Positions 56,811-64,000 of a stretch of DNA of 64,000 nucleotides are shown piece after piece. The notes beneath the pieces were generated by a model. It had not been told where the DNA came from and did no database searches. It saw only the letters and a list, made by a program, of their open reading frames with translations. The stretch's first letter is position 1; the number at the start of each line of letters is the position of its first letter. Source of the stretch: Candidatus Binatia bacterium (GTDB taxonomy: Bacteria; Desulfobacterota; Binatia; UBA9968). The stretch covers positions 17,882 through 81,881 of the forward strand of contig JBOHVN010000244.1 of the NCBI GenBank assembly GCA_050735675.1. Direction: 5' to 3'. A program made the position numbers and the translations under genes.

Positions 56811-58157
56811 ATGGACGCAGTCATGGAATCTTCGTCACAAATGCCTTCGCTGCCACAGGGTAGAGATCTAGAGAAGAAGATTCGCGACCGATCCGCAAAG
56901 GTTGGCGTCGTCGGCTTGGGATATGTTGGCCTTTCCTTGGCTGTCGAAATGGCCAAAGAGAGATTCCAGGTCAAAGGCATCGATATTGACGCGGCGCGAG
57001 TCAATGCCGTCAATGCTGGCACATCCTATAACCTCGATGTGCCGAGCGAGATGCTTTTTTCGCTCGTCTCTCAAGAGAGGCTCAAGGCTACTCAAGCTCT
57101 GGCAACTATGGAAGACCTTGACGCGTTGAGCATATGTGTTCCAACACCTTTAAGGAAAACCAAAGAGCCCGATCTCTCCTACGTTATCGCTGCGATTGAG
57201 GCGGTACGCAATCATTTACGCCCAGGTCAGCTGATTGTCTTGGAAAGCACTACTTATCCTGGCACAACGAGGGAGCTGGTCCTACCGATCCTAGAGGAAA
57301 CTGGACTGCAAGTCGGGGAAGACTTTTTTCTCGCGTATTCGCCCGAGCGAGTAGATCCTGGGAACCCGACCTACAACAGCCGCAATATTCCAAAAATCAT
57401 CAGTGGCATAACCCCTCGCTGCACTGAGCTGGCCGCGTTATTTTATGGAGAGTTTATCGAAAAGATTATTCCCGTTGCGTCAGCCGAAGCCGCCGAAATG
57501 GTAAAGCTTCTAGAAAACACATTTCGCAGTGTCAATATTGCGCTTGCTAATGAGATGGCTCTGCTGTCTCACAAGCTTGGAATCAATGTTTGGGAGGTGA
57601 TCGAGGCGGCACAGACTAAGCCATTTGGCTTCATGGCCTTTTATCCCGGGCCAGGCCTCGGAGGGCACTGCATTCCGGTGGATCCGCATTATCTTACATG
57701 GAAAGCAAGAATGAACGGCTTTCATCCCCGCCTTATTGAGTTAGCTACAGACATTAACAGTCAAATGCCCACCTTTACAATTGAACGGATCGTCGATGCA
57801 TTGAACGAAAGGCGAATGAGCCTTAAAGGCTCAACGATTCTCGCTTTAGGGGTCGCCTACAAGCGTGATTCTAACGATCTCCGTGAATCACCAGCCACCG
57901 AGGTTATGCGAGGACTTCGACAAAAAGGGGCAACCATCTATTACTCGGATCCTTACGTCTCTTCAGTCGAAATCGCGGGCGAGACGTTAAAATCTCTCCA
58001 TCTTACTGTCGATGTTGTTGAGTCAATGGACTGCGCGGTCCTATTGACCAATCACGCAGACTTCAATTATGGGATGATTGCCGCACACAGCGCTCTCATA
58101 CTGGACAGCCGAAACGGCTTTAAAGATTTTTCAAGCCCCAATATTATCCGTCTCTGA
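56811..58157 (+). CDS. UDP-N-acetyl-hexosamine 6-dehydrogenase type nucleotide-sugar dehydrogenase (WbpA/WecC/TviB-like)
   Basis: GGGAGG RBS. It has VVGLGYVGLSLA (Rossmann) and the catalytic Cys motif GLGGHCIPVDP. It also has GVAYKRDSNDLRESPA. Confidence 0.85.
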   Translation: MDAVMESSSQMPSLPQGRDLEKKIRDRSAKVGVVGLGYVGLSLAVEMAKERFQVKGIDIDAARVNAVNAGTSYNLDVPSEMLFSLVSQERLKATQALATMEDLDALSICVPTPLRKTKEPDLSYVIAAIEAVRNHLRPGQLIVLESTTYPGTTRELVLPILEETGLQVGEDFFLAYSPERVDPGNPTYNSRNIPKIISGITPRCTELAALFYGEFIEKIIPVASAEAAEMVKLLENTFRSVNIALANEMALLSHKLGINVWEVIEAAQTKPFGFMAFYPGPGLGGHCIPVDPHYLTWKARMNGFHPRLIELATDINSQMPTFTIERIVDALNERRMSLKGSTILALGVAYKRDSNDLRESPATEVMRGLRQKGATIYYSDPYVSSVEIAGETLKSLHLTVDVVESMDCAVLLTNHADFNYGMIAAHSALILDSRNGFKDFSSPNIIRL

Positions 58158-58242
58158 TGTCCGTCCTCATCGCCGTTTGCTGAGTGTGCTTGGCCATTCC
58201 TTATAAGATTCAGTAATTCCGTGAAGGACTGCAAACGGTCCA

Positions 58243-58716
58243 GTGGAAACTTCCGAGAAAACGCAAGCGTTAGTCGACGGTGCCATGAAGCTTTTCTCGG
58301 TAGAAATCGATGACCTCTATGCAATATTGGGGATGCAATTGCTAGCACGCGCTGAGCCTACCCGCGCGGCCGGAATTGTGGCTTTTCTATCCGCGGTTCG
58401 GCACGCGGACAAGGCTGTAACTTTTATCGACATCCTGAGACCAGGCTTGAGTCAGCGAGGCGAATGGCTTGAGATCGTTCACGAAGAGCTCAAACGTGAT
58501 GGTGTTCGTTATCTTACGGAAGTTAGCGGGGATCTACGGGCCGTCCTGTGCAACGATGATATCCAGCGCTTGTCTCAACAGATAAACCGGTCAAATTTAC
58601 ATGTTATGATTATGGTGGTTGGAGCGGCTTTGAGAATATCACCGGACTTTGAATCGATCTGCGCGACAATTACAGTGCTTCTTTTGAAGTTAGGCTTGCG
58701 AAACTTGTGCGCTTGA
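58243..58716 (+). CDS. Hypothetical protein
   Basis: 157-aa ORF with a GTG start and no recognisable motif. Confidence 0.3.
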   Translation: METSEKTQALVDGAMKLFSVEIDDLYAILGMQLLARAEPTRAAGIVAFLSAVRHADKAVTFIDILRPGLSQRGEWLEIVHEELKRDGVRYLTEVSGDLRAVLCNDDIQRLSQQINRSNLHVMIMVVGAALRISPDFESICATITVLLLKLGLRNLCA

Positions 58717-58909
58717 CGTGACGCAAAACTATTCCGATTCATCCGGATACGCTAGATTCATCCTCAGTCTGTACGTGGTCTTAAGCCCATAAGCGAAGAT
58801 TCTCTCGGCTTCTTTTATCTGCCTCCGTAGTTGTTGTCCTTGTGTGAGCGCAGATTCAGAGCGGCAGTGAGAGAGGTGACTGCCGAGATCCAGCCGGCTC
58901 TCTGTGGCC

Positions 58910-58929
58910 CTTGGGGCATAGCCCAAGTA
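58910..58929 (+). repeat. Hairpin motif copy 2 (CTTGGGGCATAGCCCAAGTA)
   Basis: It matches 18 of 20 positions of the 37424..37443 motif (one indel, one mismatch). It lies in the long non-coding gap. Confidence 0.5.
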
Positions 58930-59001
58930 ATCCGCGCTTTGACCAAGACTGGTTTTATCGAGCTGCCAATAATTTAACTTTCTTCCAGGAAATAAGTGGG
59001 C

Positions 59002-59048
59002 AAAAAGCGCCTCCCATCAGTCTGATGGCGGCGCTTTTTTCGTTTTTA
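59002..59048. terminator. Strong bidirectional rho-independent terminator
   Basis: The sequence AAAAAGCGCC-TCCCATCAG-T-CTGATGG-C-GGCGCTTTTTT forms a ~17-bp GC-rich interrupted stem. It is flanked by an A-tract on the left and a T-tract on the right. Confidence 0.7.
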
Positions 59049-59634
59049 GAGCATGACCGAGAGAACGCAAAGAATCGAACTGTCGGCAGAGGCCGATTGA
59101 TTAAACTTCGGTGCTTGGGCTTTGACAGTGCCAATTGTTTGATCGTGACCAGGATAAAAACTTTAGGTCACTGACAAAAGCTGCCAGCGTAAAGGATACT
59201 ATGCTAGGTACTCCGTAGCCGACTTGATTGAGCAGCATTGCTGCATTCCATTGAAATGCCGACCGCAGAGTTTTACTTCCTTCAAAACTCTTCCGCGCTC
59301 CAAAAAAGGCCACTTGAGCCGGAAATTCGCTTGACATCGATTCATCGCCGTCATAACTCTAGACCGCAGTTGAATGAGTATCCTCTATTTGTTCAATAAG
59401 CGGTTTATAGATCTGCGACTCCTAAAGTGTGAAGTTTATTCCCGCGAAGTCGGCTGGCTCTGAAAGATTTTTGCTGAAAGATGTACTTAGCGGATAAATT
59501 GATGATGGTGTGGTTGTGGCGGACCTGAAAACGGGCTTTTTAGATTCGTAAAGTCGCAGACGCCGATATTGGAGATAGCGGGTTTAGAAAGTTGAAGCCC
59601 GGCGGAACAATACGTCGGACGCCAGCTCATCGCA

Positions 59635-61134
59635 ATGAATTTCCAGCGCAACAGCGACTCGTCTCTGTCATGGGATCAGTTAACCCCGCAGATCCTAGTC
59701 ATTAACGCCGATGCTGCAATCTGCGAGCAGTTGAAGCGTCTTTATAGTCAATGCACTTACATTGTCGCGGTCATGAAACGTGCGGAAACTGCTCTGCAAA
59801 GACTAGCAGAGGGTGTCGCGGACCTTGTCGTAACAGACGTTTGTTTGCCCGATGTGGACGGGATCAAATTTGTCGAGCAAATACGGCAGTTGTACTCTGA
59901 TGTTCCCGTTATTGTTATTACGGGAGACAGAGATGTCGAAATTGCAGTCAAGGTCCTTAAGCTAGGAGTTAGCGATTACATTGGTACGCCCTTTAACGCT
60001 GAGGCGGTTCAAGAATCCACGCGCTTCGCATTGGAAAAAGCTCAGATTTTCACCGAGCTCAGACATATGCGGCGCACCATCAAGGAAGATTCCGAATTTC
60101 TTGGTATGCTCAGCAAAACGCCTGAAATGCACCGGGTCTTTGAGACTATACGGATGGTCTCGAACATGGATGTGACGGTGCTGGTGGAAGGGGAAACTGG
60201 GACAGGAAAGGAACTCGTTGCAAGAGCGATCCATGAACGAAGCCCGCGCCGACGGGGAAAACTCGTCACGATCAATTGTGGGGCGTTGCCCGACCCGCTT
60301 CTCGAGAGTGAACTTTTCGGATACGAGAAGGGAGCGTTCACTGGAGCAGATCACGCGAGACCAGGAATGATCGAGTTGGCTCATGGGGGCACTCTTTTTC
60401 TCGATGAAATTGAGAGCATGTCGCTCTCGATGCAGGCAAAACTTCTTCGGGTCCTTCAGGACAGGAAAGTCCAGAGACTCGGTGGAAATCGAATGTATGA
60501 GGTCGATATGCGGGTGATTGCTGCAAGCAACGTTCCCGCCAAGGATCTTGTTCATGAAGGTAAGATGAGGAGCGATTTTTATTATCGAATCAATGTGGTC
60601 CTCATTCAGGTCATCCCACTGCGGCAGCGCCGTGGAGACATCCTCTTGCTGGTTCAGAACTTCATTCAGCAACACCCGTTTGCCGTGCAAAGAGGCATCA
60701 CCGGGATCTCCCCCAAAGCAATGAGCCAACTCACGCACTATACCTGGCCAGGCAATGTTCGCGAACTCCAGAACGTGCTCGAGAAGACCGTCGTACTGTG
60801 TAGTTCATCGATCATTGAGAAGGTGGATCTACCCGATATTTCACAGCCGCTGAGGATTCAAGAGACATTCCCAACAACCATTTCTTTTTCTCAGTGGATG
60901 AAAGAACAAGAGAAGAGATATTTAACCCAGCAGCTGGAAACGTTTCAGGGAAGAGTCGAGCAGACAGCCGCAAATTCTGGTATGTGTGTCAGGACACTCT
61001 TCCGTAAGATGCGTCTTTACGGCCTGAATAAGAAACAATTTCGGCCGGGCCAGTTAGAGGATCAGTTGCCGCCGGACATGAACTCGTGGTTCGACCAACG
61101 TTTGCTGCCGAAAGGAAAAGACGCCTCGCGATAG
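59635..61134 (+). CDS. Sigma-54-dependent enhancer-binding response regulator (NtrC family)
   Basis: It has a receiver domain (LVVTDVCLPDVDG). The AAA+ domain carries GETGTGKEL, ESELFGYEKGAFTGA and GTLFLDEIE. The C-terminal Fis-type HTH reads AANSGMCVRTLFRKMRLYGL. Confidence 0.9.
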   Translation: MNFQRNSDSSLSWDQLTPQILVINADAAICEQLKRLYSQCTYIVAVMKRAETALQRLAEGVADLVVTDVCLPDVDGIKFVEQIRQLYSDVPVIVITGDRDVEIAVKVLKLGVSDYIGTPFNAEAVQESTRFALEKAQIFTELRHMRRTIKEDSEFLGMLSKTPEMHRVFETIRMVSNMDVTVLVEGETGTGKELVARAIHERSPRRRGKLVTINCGALPDPLLESELFGYEKGAFTGADHARPGMIELAHGGTLFLDEIESMSLSMQAKLLRVLQDRKVQRLGGNRMYEVDMRVIAASNVPAKDLVHEGKMRSDFYYRINVVLIQVIPLRQRRGDILLLVQNFIQQHPFAVQRGITGISPKAMSQLTHYTWPGNVRELQNVLEKTVVLCSSSIIEKVDLPDISQPLRIQETFPTTISFSQWMKEQEKRYLTQQLETFQGRVEQTAANSGMCVRTLFRKMRLYGLNKKQFRPGQLEDQLPPDMNSWFDQRLLPKGKDASR

Positions 61135-61327
61135 TGATTGGAATGACCGTTCTCCATCTGCCTGAGTAGCTTTTTCAGTCTATATCTACCGGTTTTACTC
61201 GTCACTTGCCTCGATAGGCTAATTCCAGTTGAGGACACCCTCACCGGGCGCGGAATTGCGTCGAATCGAAGAAGTCTGTTCCAATCTTCGAGAGACCGTC
61301 GCTACAGAAGACATGGTTGGCGGGAAA

Positions 61328-61352
61328 TGGTCGGCGCGACGGGGTTTGAACC
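61328..61352 (-). other. Isolated tRNA 3'-end fragment (T-loop to CCA), candidate att-site remnant
   Basis: The minus strand reads GG-TTCAAAC-CCCGT-CGCGCCG-A-CCA. This corresponds to the last two bases of the 5' T-stem (G52, G53), the T-loop, the 3' T-stem, a 7-nt acceptor strand, the discriminator and CCA. No matching 5' half lies upstream. Confidence 0.45.
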
Positions 61353-61794
61353 ACACACAACCGAGCTGTTTCATCGAAAATCCTATTCCTATAAACCGTG
61401 CTGATCGAGAGTGAATTTTAAGGATCTATCGTGCTATCGAGAATTAACTGCGGAGTGGACTCGGAATGACCTGTTGTCCGAGGCGTGCGTGCTCTTTAGG
61501 AATTGAGGTCGCTCCTTGAAAGTAGCAAACTGGATTTATGAGCACCTTGCTCTCCCAGCTGAAAGAAAAGAGCCGCCGAATGGTCCTAAGAAACCGCCGG
61601 TGAAACCACCGCCGGAGTGGTGGAGAATGCCGCGATCAAACCGCCGCCGGAACGGCGGCGAAACCCACCCATGAAAGAGCCGCCCCAACCACCGAATCCT
61701 GGTGACCCTAGGCCGGGCGATCGGCCTCCTGTCGGCGATCCTCCGAGTAGAAAAGGGCCTAAAAGGCTGTAGCAAGCTGCTGAAAAAGACTCAT

Positions 61795-62198
61795 ATGCGT
61801 CGTCAGACTGGTGTGAAAACCAAGCGTGTTTTTGACGAACTCGCGAACAAAACGATCTTCGATAAACGAATCGGCCTTTAAATCCGGTACGGGCCAAGGT
61901 GGTCAAAGACCCCGGGGGACTATAGTTGGAGCAGCTATGGCGCTTATGTCGGCAAGACGCAAGGACAGCAATGGTTGGACAGCACGGAGGTGCTTGAACA
62001 GTTCAGTGGAAACCTTAACGAAGCACAAAAGCTTTATCGTCGGTTTGTGTTGGAGTGTGTAGGAAGAATACTATGACGTGTTGGAAGGAAGGTTTCTGGG
62101 GGACAAACAATTTGCGGAGAGATCAAAGCGAAAGCCGAGGTTCCGGGTCATGTGCGCATCAAGACAGAGTCCGACGCGTTACTCGGGCGCCGCTTGTG
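61795..62198 (+). pseudogene. Frameshifted C-terminal remnant of a RayT/IS200-like (COG1943) transposase-family gene
   Basis: Three fragments in three frames match the conserved C-terminal region of this family: LNPVRAKVVKDPGG, YSWSSYGAYVGKTQGQQWLDSTEVLEQFSGNLNEAQKLYRRFVLECVG and DVLEGRFLGDKQFAER. The Y1 catalytic N-terminus is absent. Boundaries are approximate. Confidence 0.45.
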
Positions 62199-62200
62199 CC

Positions 62201-62398
62201 ATGAAAATAAAATATTTTCAGGATACGGATACGCTGCACATCGAGTTTCGTGCGTGCGAGGTGGCAGAGACCAAAGATCTGGATGAAAGTACCCTGTTAG
62301 ATCTCGACAACAACGGACAAATTTGTGCCATCACGATCGAACACGCGAGCGAACGTGCCGAGATACCAAAGTTTTCCTACGAGCAAATTACGCCATAA
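62201..62398 (+). CDS. DUF2283 domain protein
   Basis: 65-aa ORF with the typical small-family pattern MKIKYFQDTDTLHIEF...LDLDNNGQICAITIEHAS. Confidence 0.6.
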   Translation: MKIKYFQDTDTLHIEFRACEVAETKDLDESTLLDLDNNGQICAITIEHASERAEIPKFSYEQITP

Positions 62399-62577
62399 GC
62401 ACAACCACGGGCGTCAATCTCCGCAATCAATCGGAGGCGATTCAGCTCAAACTGACCAATGCTCCTGACTGCGCATAGCATAACGCCCGCATATGAAATA
62501 CGGGGACTCGTTAGAAGAGTACCGACGCTTCACGGAGGCTCGGCTCTCACTGAGCTAGCGCGATATTGGCGGACGCC

Positions 62578-63333
62578 TCAGAGAGTGCCGGCCAGCTTGG
62601 TGATCGCCTGCGAGGCACCCTTGTCGATCGGGTCTCCGTGGCCGAAGACGGCGCGCTGGAACGTGAGTCCCGCCAACTTCTTCACACTCTGATGCGCCTG
62701 GGCCATGTCGGCCGTGTACTGGGGATTGGGACCGCCGAGCTTGTTGCCGGTGTTGTTCATGGCGTCGCCCAGGATGAGCAGCGACCCGGCCGGATCGAAC
62801 ACGCAGACGTGACCCGGTGTGTGACCGGGCGTTGCGATCACGCGCAGGCCGAACACTTCGTCGTTGTCACCGACCGCCTTGATCGGGCGCGGTGACTTGA
62901 TCTGCGGGATGTCCGCGGCGCCGGCGTACGCCGTCGCCTTGGCGGCCGCCGCCAGTACCTCCCCAACGCTGCCAATGTGATCGGGATGATAGTGGGTCAG
63001 GATCACGTAGTGAACCGCATCCCAACCCAGGCCGGCGGTGCGAACGACGTCGGCGATCTTTGACGCATTGTTGGGCGTGCCCGTATCGACGACCGCCGCC
63101 TCTTTGCCCCGGATCAGGACATAGGCGTTGACGAAGCCTAGGTTGACGCGAAGGGCTTCGGCTGGCCCCAGGTTCTGAGCGTGGGCGACCCCGATCGCGA
63201 GGTCGCGGCCCCCGATGGCGACACTCCATCCCCTGCGCCCGAGGCCGAAATTGAGCTCGCTCCATACTGCGAAACTGCCCAGGGCGACTTGGGCCAACCA
63301 CGTTCGGCGACCGATTTGCTGACCTTTCCCCAT
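62578..63333 (-). CDS. MBL-fold metallo-hydrolase with Tat-type signal
   Basis: It has a twin-Arg N-terminus (GRRTWLAQVALG), THYHPDH (HxHxDH) and TPGHTPGH. It also has FGHGDP. The segment is GC-rich. Confidence 0.8.
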   Translation of the reverse strand: MGKGQQIGRRTWLAQVALGSFAVWSELNFGLGRRGWSVAIGGRDLAIGVAHAQNLGPAEALRVNLGFVNAYVLIRGKEAAVVDTGTPNNASKIADVVRTAGLGWDAVHYVILTHYHPDHIGSVGEVLAAAAKATAYAGAADIPQIKSPRPIKAVGDNDEVFGLRVIATPGHTPGHVCVFDPAGSLLILGDAMNNTGNKLGGPNPQYTADMAQAHQSVKKLAGLTFQRAVFGHGDPIDKGASQAITKLAGTL

Positions 63334-63379
63334 TGAGCACCTCCAGTCTTCACAGGAATTTGTTCAAGCCGTTCCAGCC

Positions 63380-63697
63380 TCAGAAATCTAGAGCGAACCG
63401 AAGGGCCGCTTTGATCCTGACGAGAGTATCGGCGGGGACGACGCCAATTTTTCGCTGAAGTCGCACTGAGGGAATTGAGCCGATACCCTGGACATTTGCA
63501 ACCGACGCTTCTCTAAGAAAGCGTAATTTGCCAACGTCGATCTCATAACGGCTGCTGCGGTTCTGGGTTGTGAGAGGAACGTAGGTGACGAGCGCGCGAG
63601 GCGCGTCCGGGTCGTCGCGGGAGAGAATAATTACGGGGCGCGTTTTAGCGGCGAGCCCGAGATCAGCAAGCCAAACCCCACCCGGCTTTGCGGCCAT
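63380..63697 (-). CDS. PemK/MazF-family type II toxin
   Basis: 105-aa ORF with the pattern GGVWLADLG...KTRPVIILSRD...VTYVPLTTQ. Confidence 0.7.
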   Translation of the reverse strand: MAAKPGGVWLADLGLAAKTRPVIILSRDDPDAPRALVTYVPLTTQNRSSRYEIDVGKLRFLREASVANVQGIGSIPSVRLQRKIGVVPADTLVRIKAALRFALDF

Positions 63698-63932
63698 CGA
63701 GGATGTCTAATATTTCCTGCTCGACATGTCGCGACCGGACTACGTCGAGCGCGTCGCTGTCAGCCAATTCGATAATTTCGGCCACCAGCCTTTCGACTTT
63801 CTTTGCCGTTTCCGGTGTCCAGCGGCTCATTTTCGCATCCAATTTCTTTGCGATCGCGGTCATGGTGATGGATATCGTACTGAGAAACCTTCCAACGGTC
63901 AACTCGCCTGTCTCGATCGGCGCAACCGACAT
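63663..63932 (-). CDS. Putative cognate antitoxin
   Basis: A small acidic ORF lies immediately upstream of the toxin and overlaps it. The internal ATG at 63863 (MTAIAKKLDAKMSRW...) would give a more typical 66-aa product. Confidence 0.45.
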   Translation of the reverse strand: MSVAPIETGELTVGRFLSTISITMTAIAKKLDAKMSRWTPETAKKVERLVAEIIELADSDALDVVRSRHVEQEILDILDGRKAGWGLAC

Positions 63933-64000
63933 GCCGAAGCGCTTCTTGGCGTCGAAAACCCAAGGTGGGAAACGGGTGCGGACTGACCTTATATTCTGGA

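Noticed and set aside
58911-59174. An 87-aa plus-strand ORF in the non-coding gap.
   Set aside because: It has a TTG start and no motif, and it reads straight through the strong terminator hairpin at 59002..59040. It is more likely non-coding.
61328-61410. A possible complete tRNA gene on the minus strand.
   Set aside because: Only the T-loop, 3' T-stem, acceptor strand and CCA are present. The expected 5' acceptor strand CGGCGCG and a pairing 5' T-stem are absent in the ~80 nt upstream, so I treated it as a fragment.
61536-61906. Glycine-rich minus-strand ORFs (GFGGWGGSFMGGF, GGGFTGGFLGPFGGSF) could encode a small Gly-rich secreted peptide.
   Set aside because: The Gly-rich stretches are split between two overlapping frames. 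They have no clear start, signal peptide or RBS, and they sit in a degraded region next to transposase debris. I cannot distinguish a broken gene from compositional noise.

Overview
This is a 64-kb bacterial chromosomal segment, probably from an environmental or metagenomic genome, with high coding density. Hand-counted 60-nt GC samples give about 60% in typical genes, 28-45% in several patches and about 67% near the right end. Positions ~1-58.2 kb form one very large glycan (exopolysaccharide/capsule-type) biosynthesis and decoration super-cluster, almost entirely on the plus strand. It encodes a priming phosphoglycosyltransferase fused to a Wzy/WaaL-like domain, a MurJ/MOP-type flippase, and six GT4 genes carrying seven GT4 modules. 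It also encodes two NDP-sugar dehydrogenases (ugd is frameshifted), two SDR epimerases, an AsnB-type amidotransferase, an ATP-grasp ligase, three SAM methyltransferases, a NodU/CmcH carbamoyltransferase and two deacetylase-like proteins. Four secreted beta-helix proteins are present, three of them PL1 pectate-lyase-like. The stand-out feature is six intact PAPS-type sulfotransferases plus one decayed copy. These sit with a private sulfate activation and recycling set: a Sat-CysC fusion, a TauE/SafE permease and CysQ. Two sulfatase-fold proteins have a Thr/His (NPP-like) nucleophile motif instead of the Cys/Ser-x-P-x-Arg sulfatase signature. A sigma-54 enhancer-binding response regulator with a degenerate receiver domain (59635..61134) flanks the cluster. 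Right of ~61.3 kb the content changes to a tRNA 3'-end fragment, a frameshifted RayT/IS200-like transposase remnant, DUF2283, an MBL hydrolase and a MazF-type toxin-antitoxin pair, which is probably the edge of an integrated element. I saw no rRNA, intact tRNA or CRISPR array. The main hypothesis is that the locus makes a densely and heterogeneously sulfated, GAG-like acidic polysaccharide, a product class barely described in bacteria.
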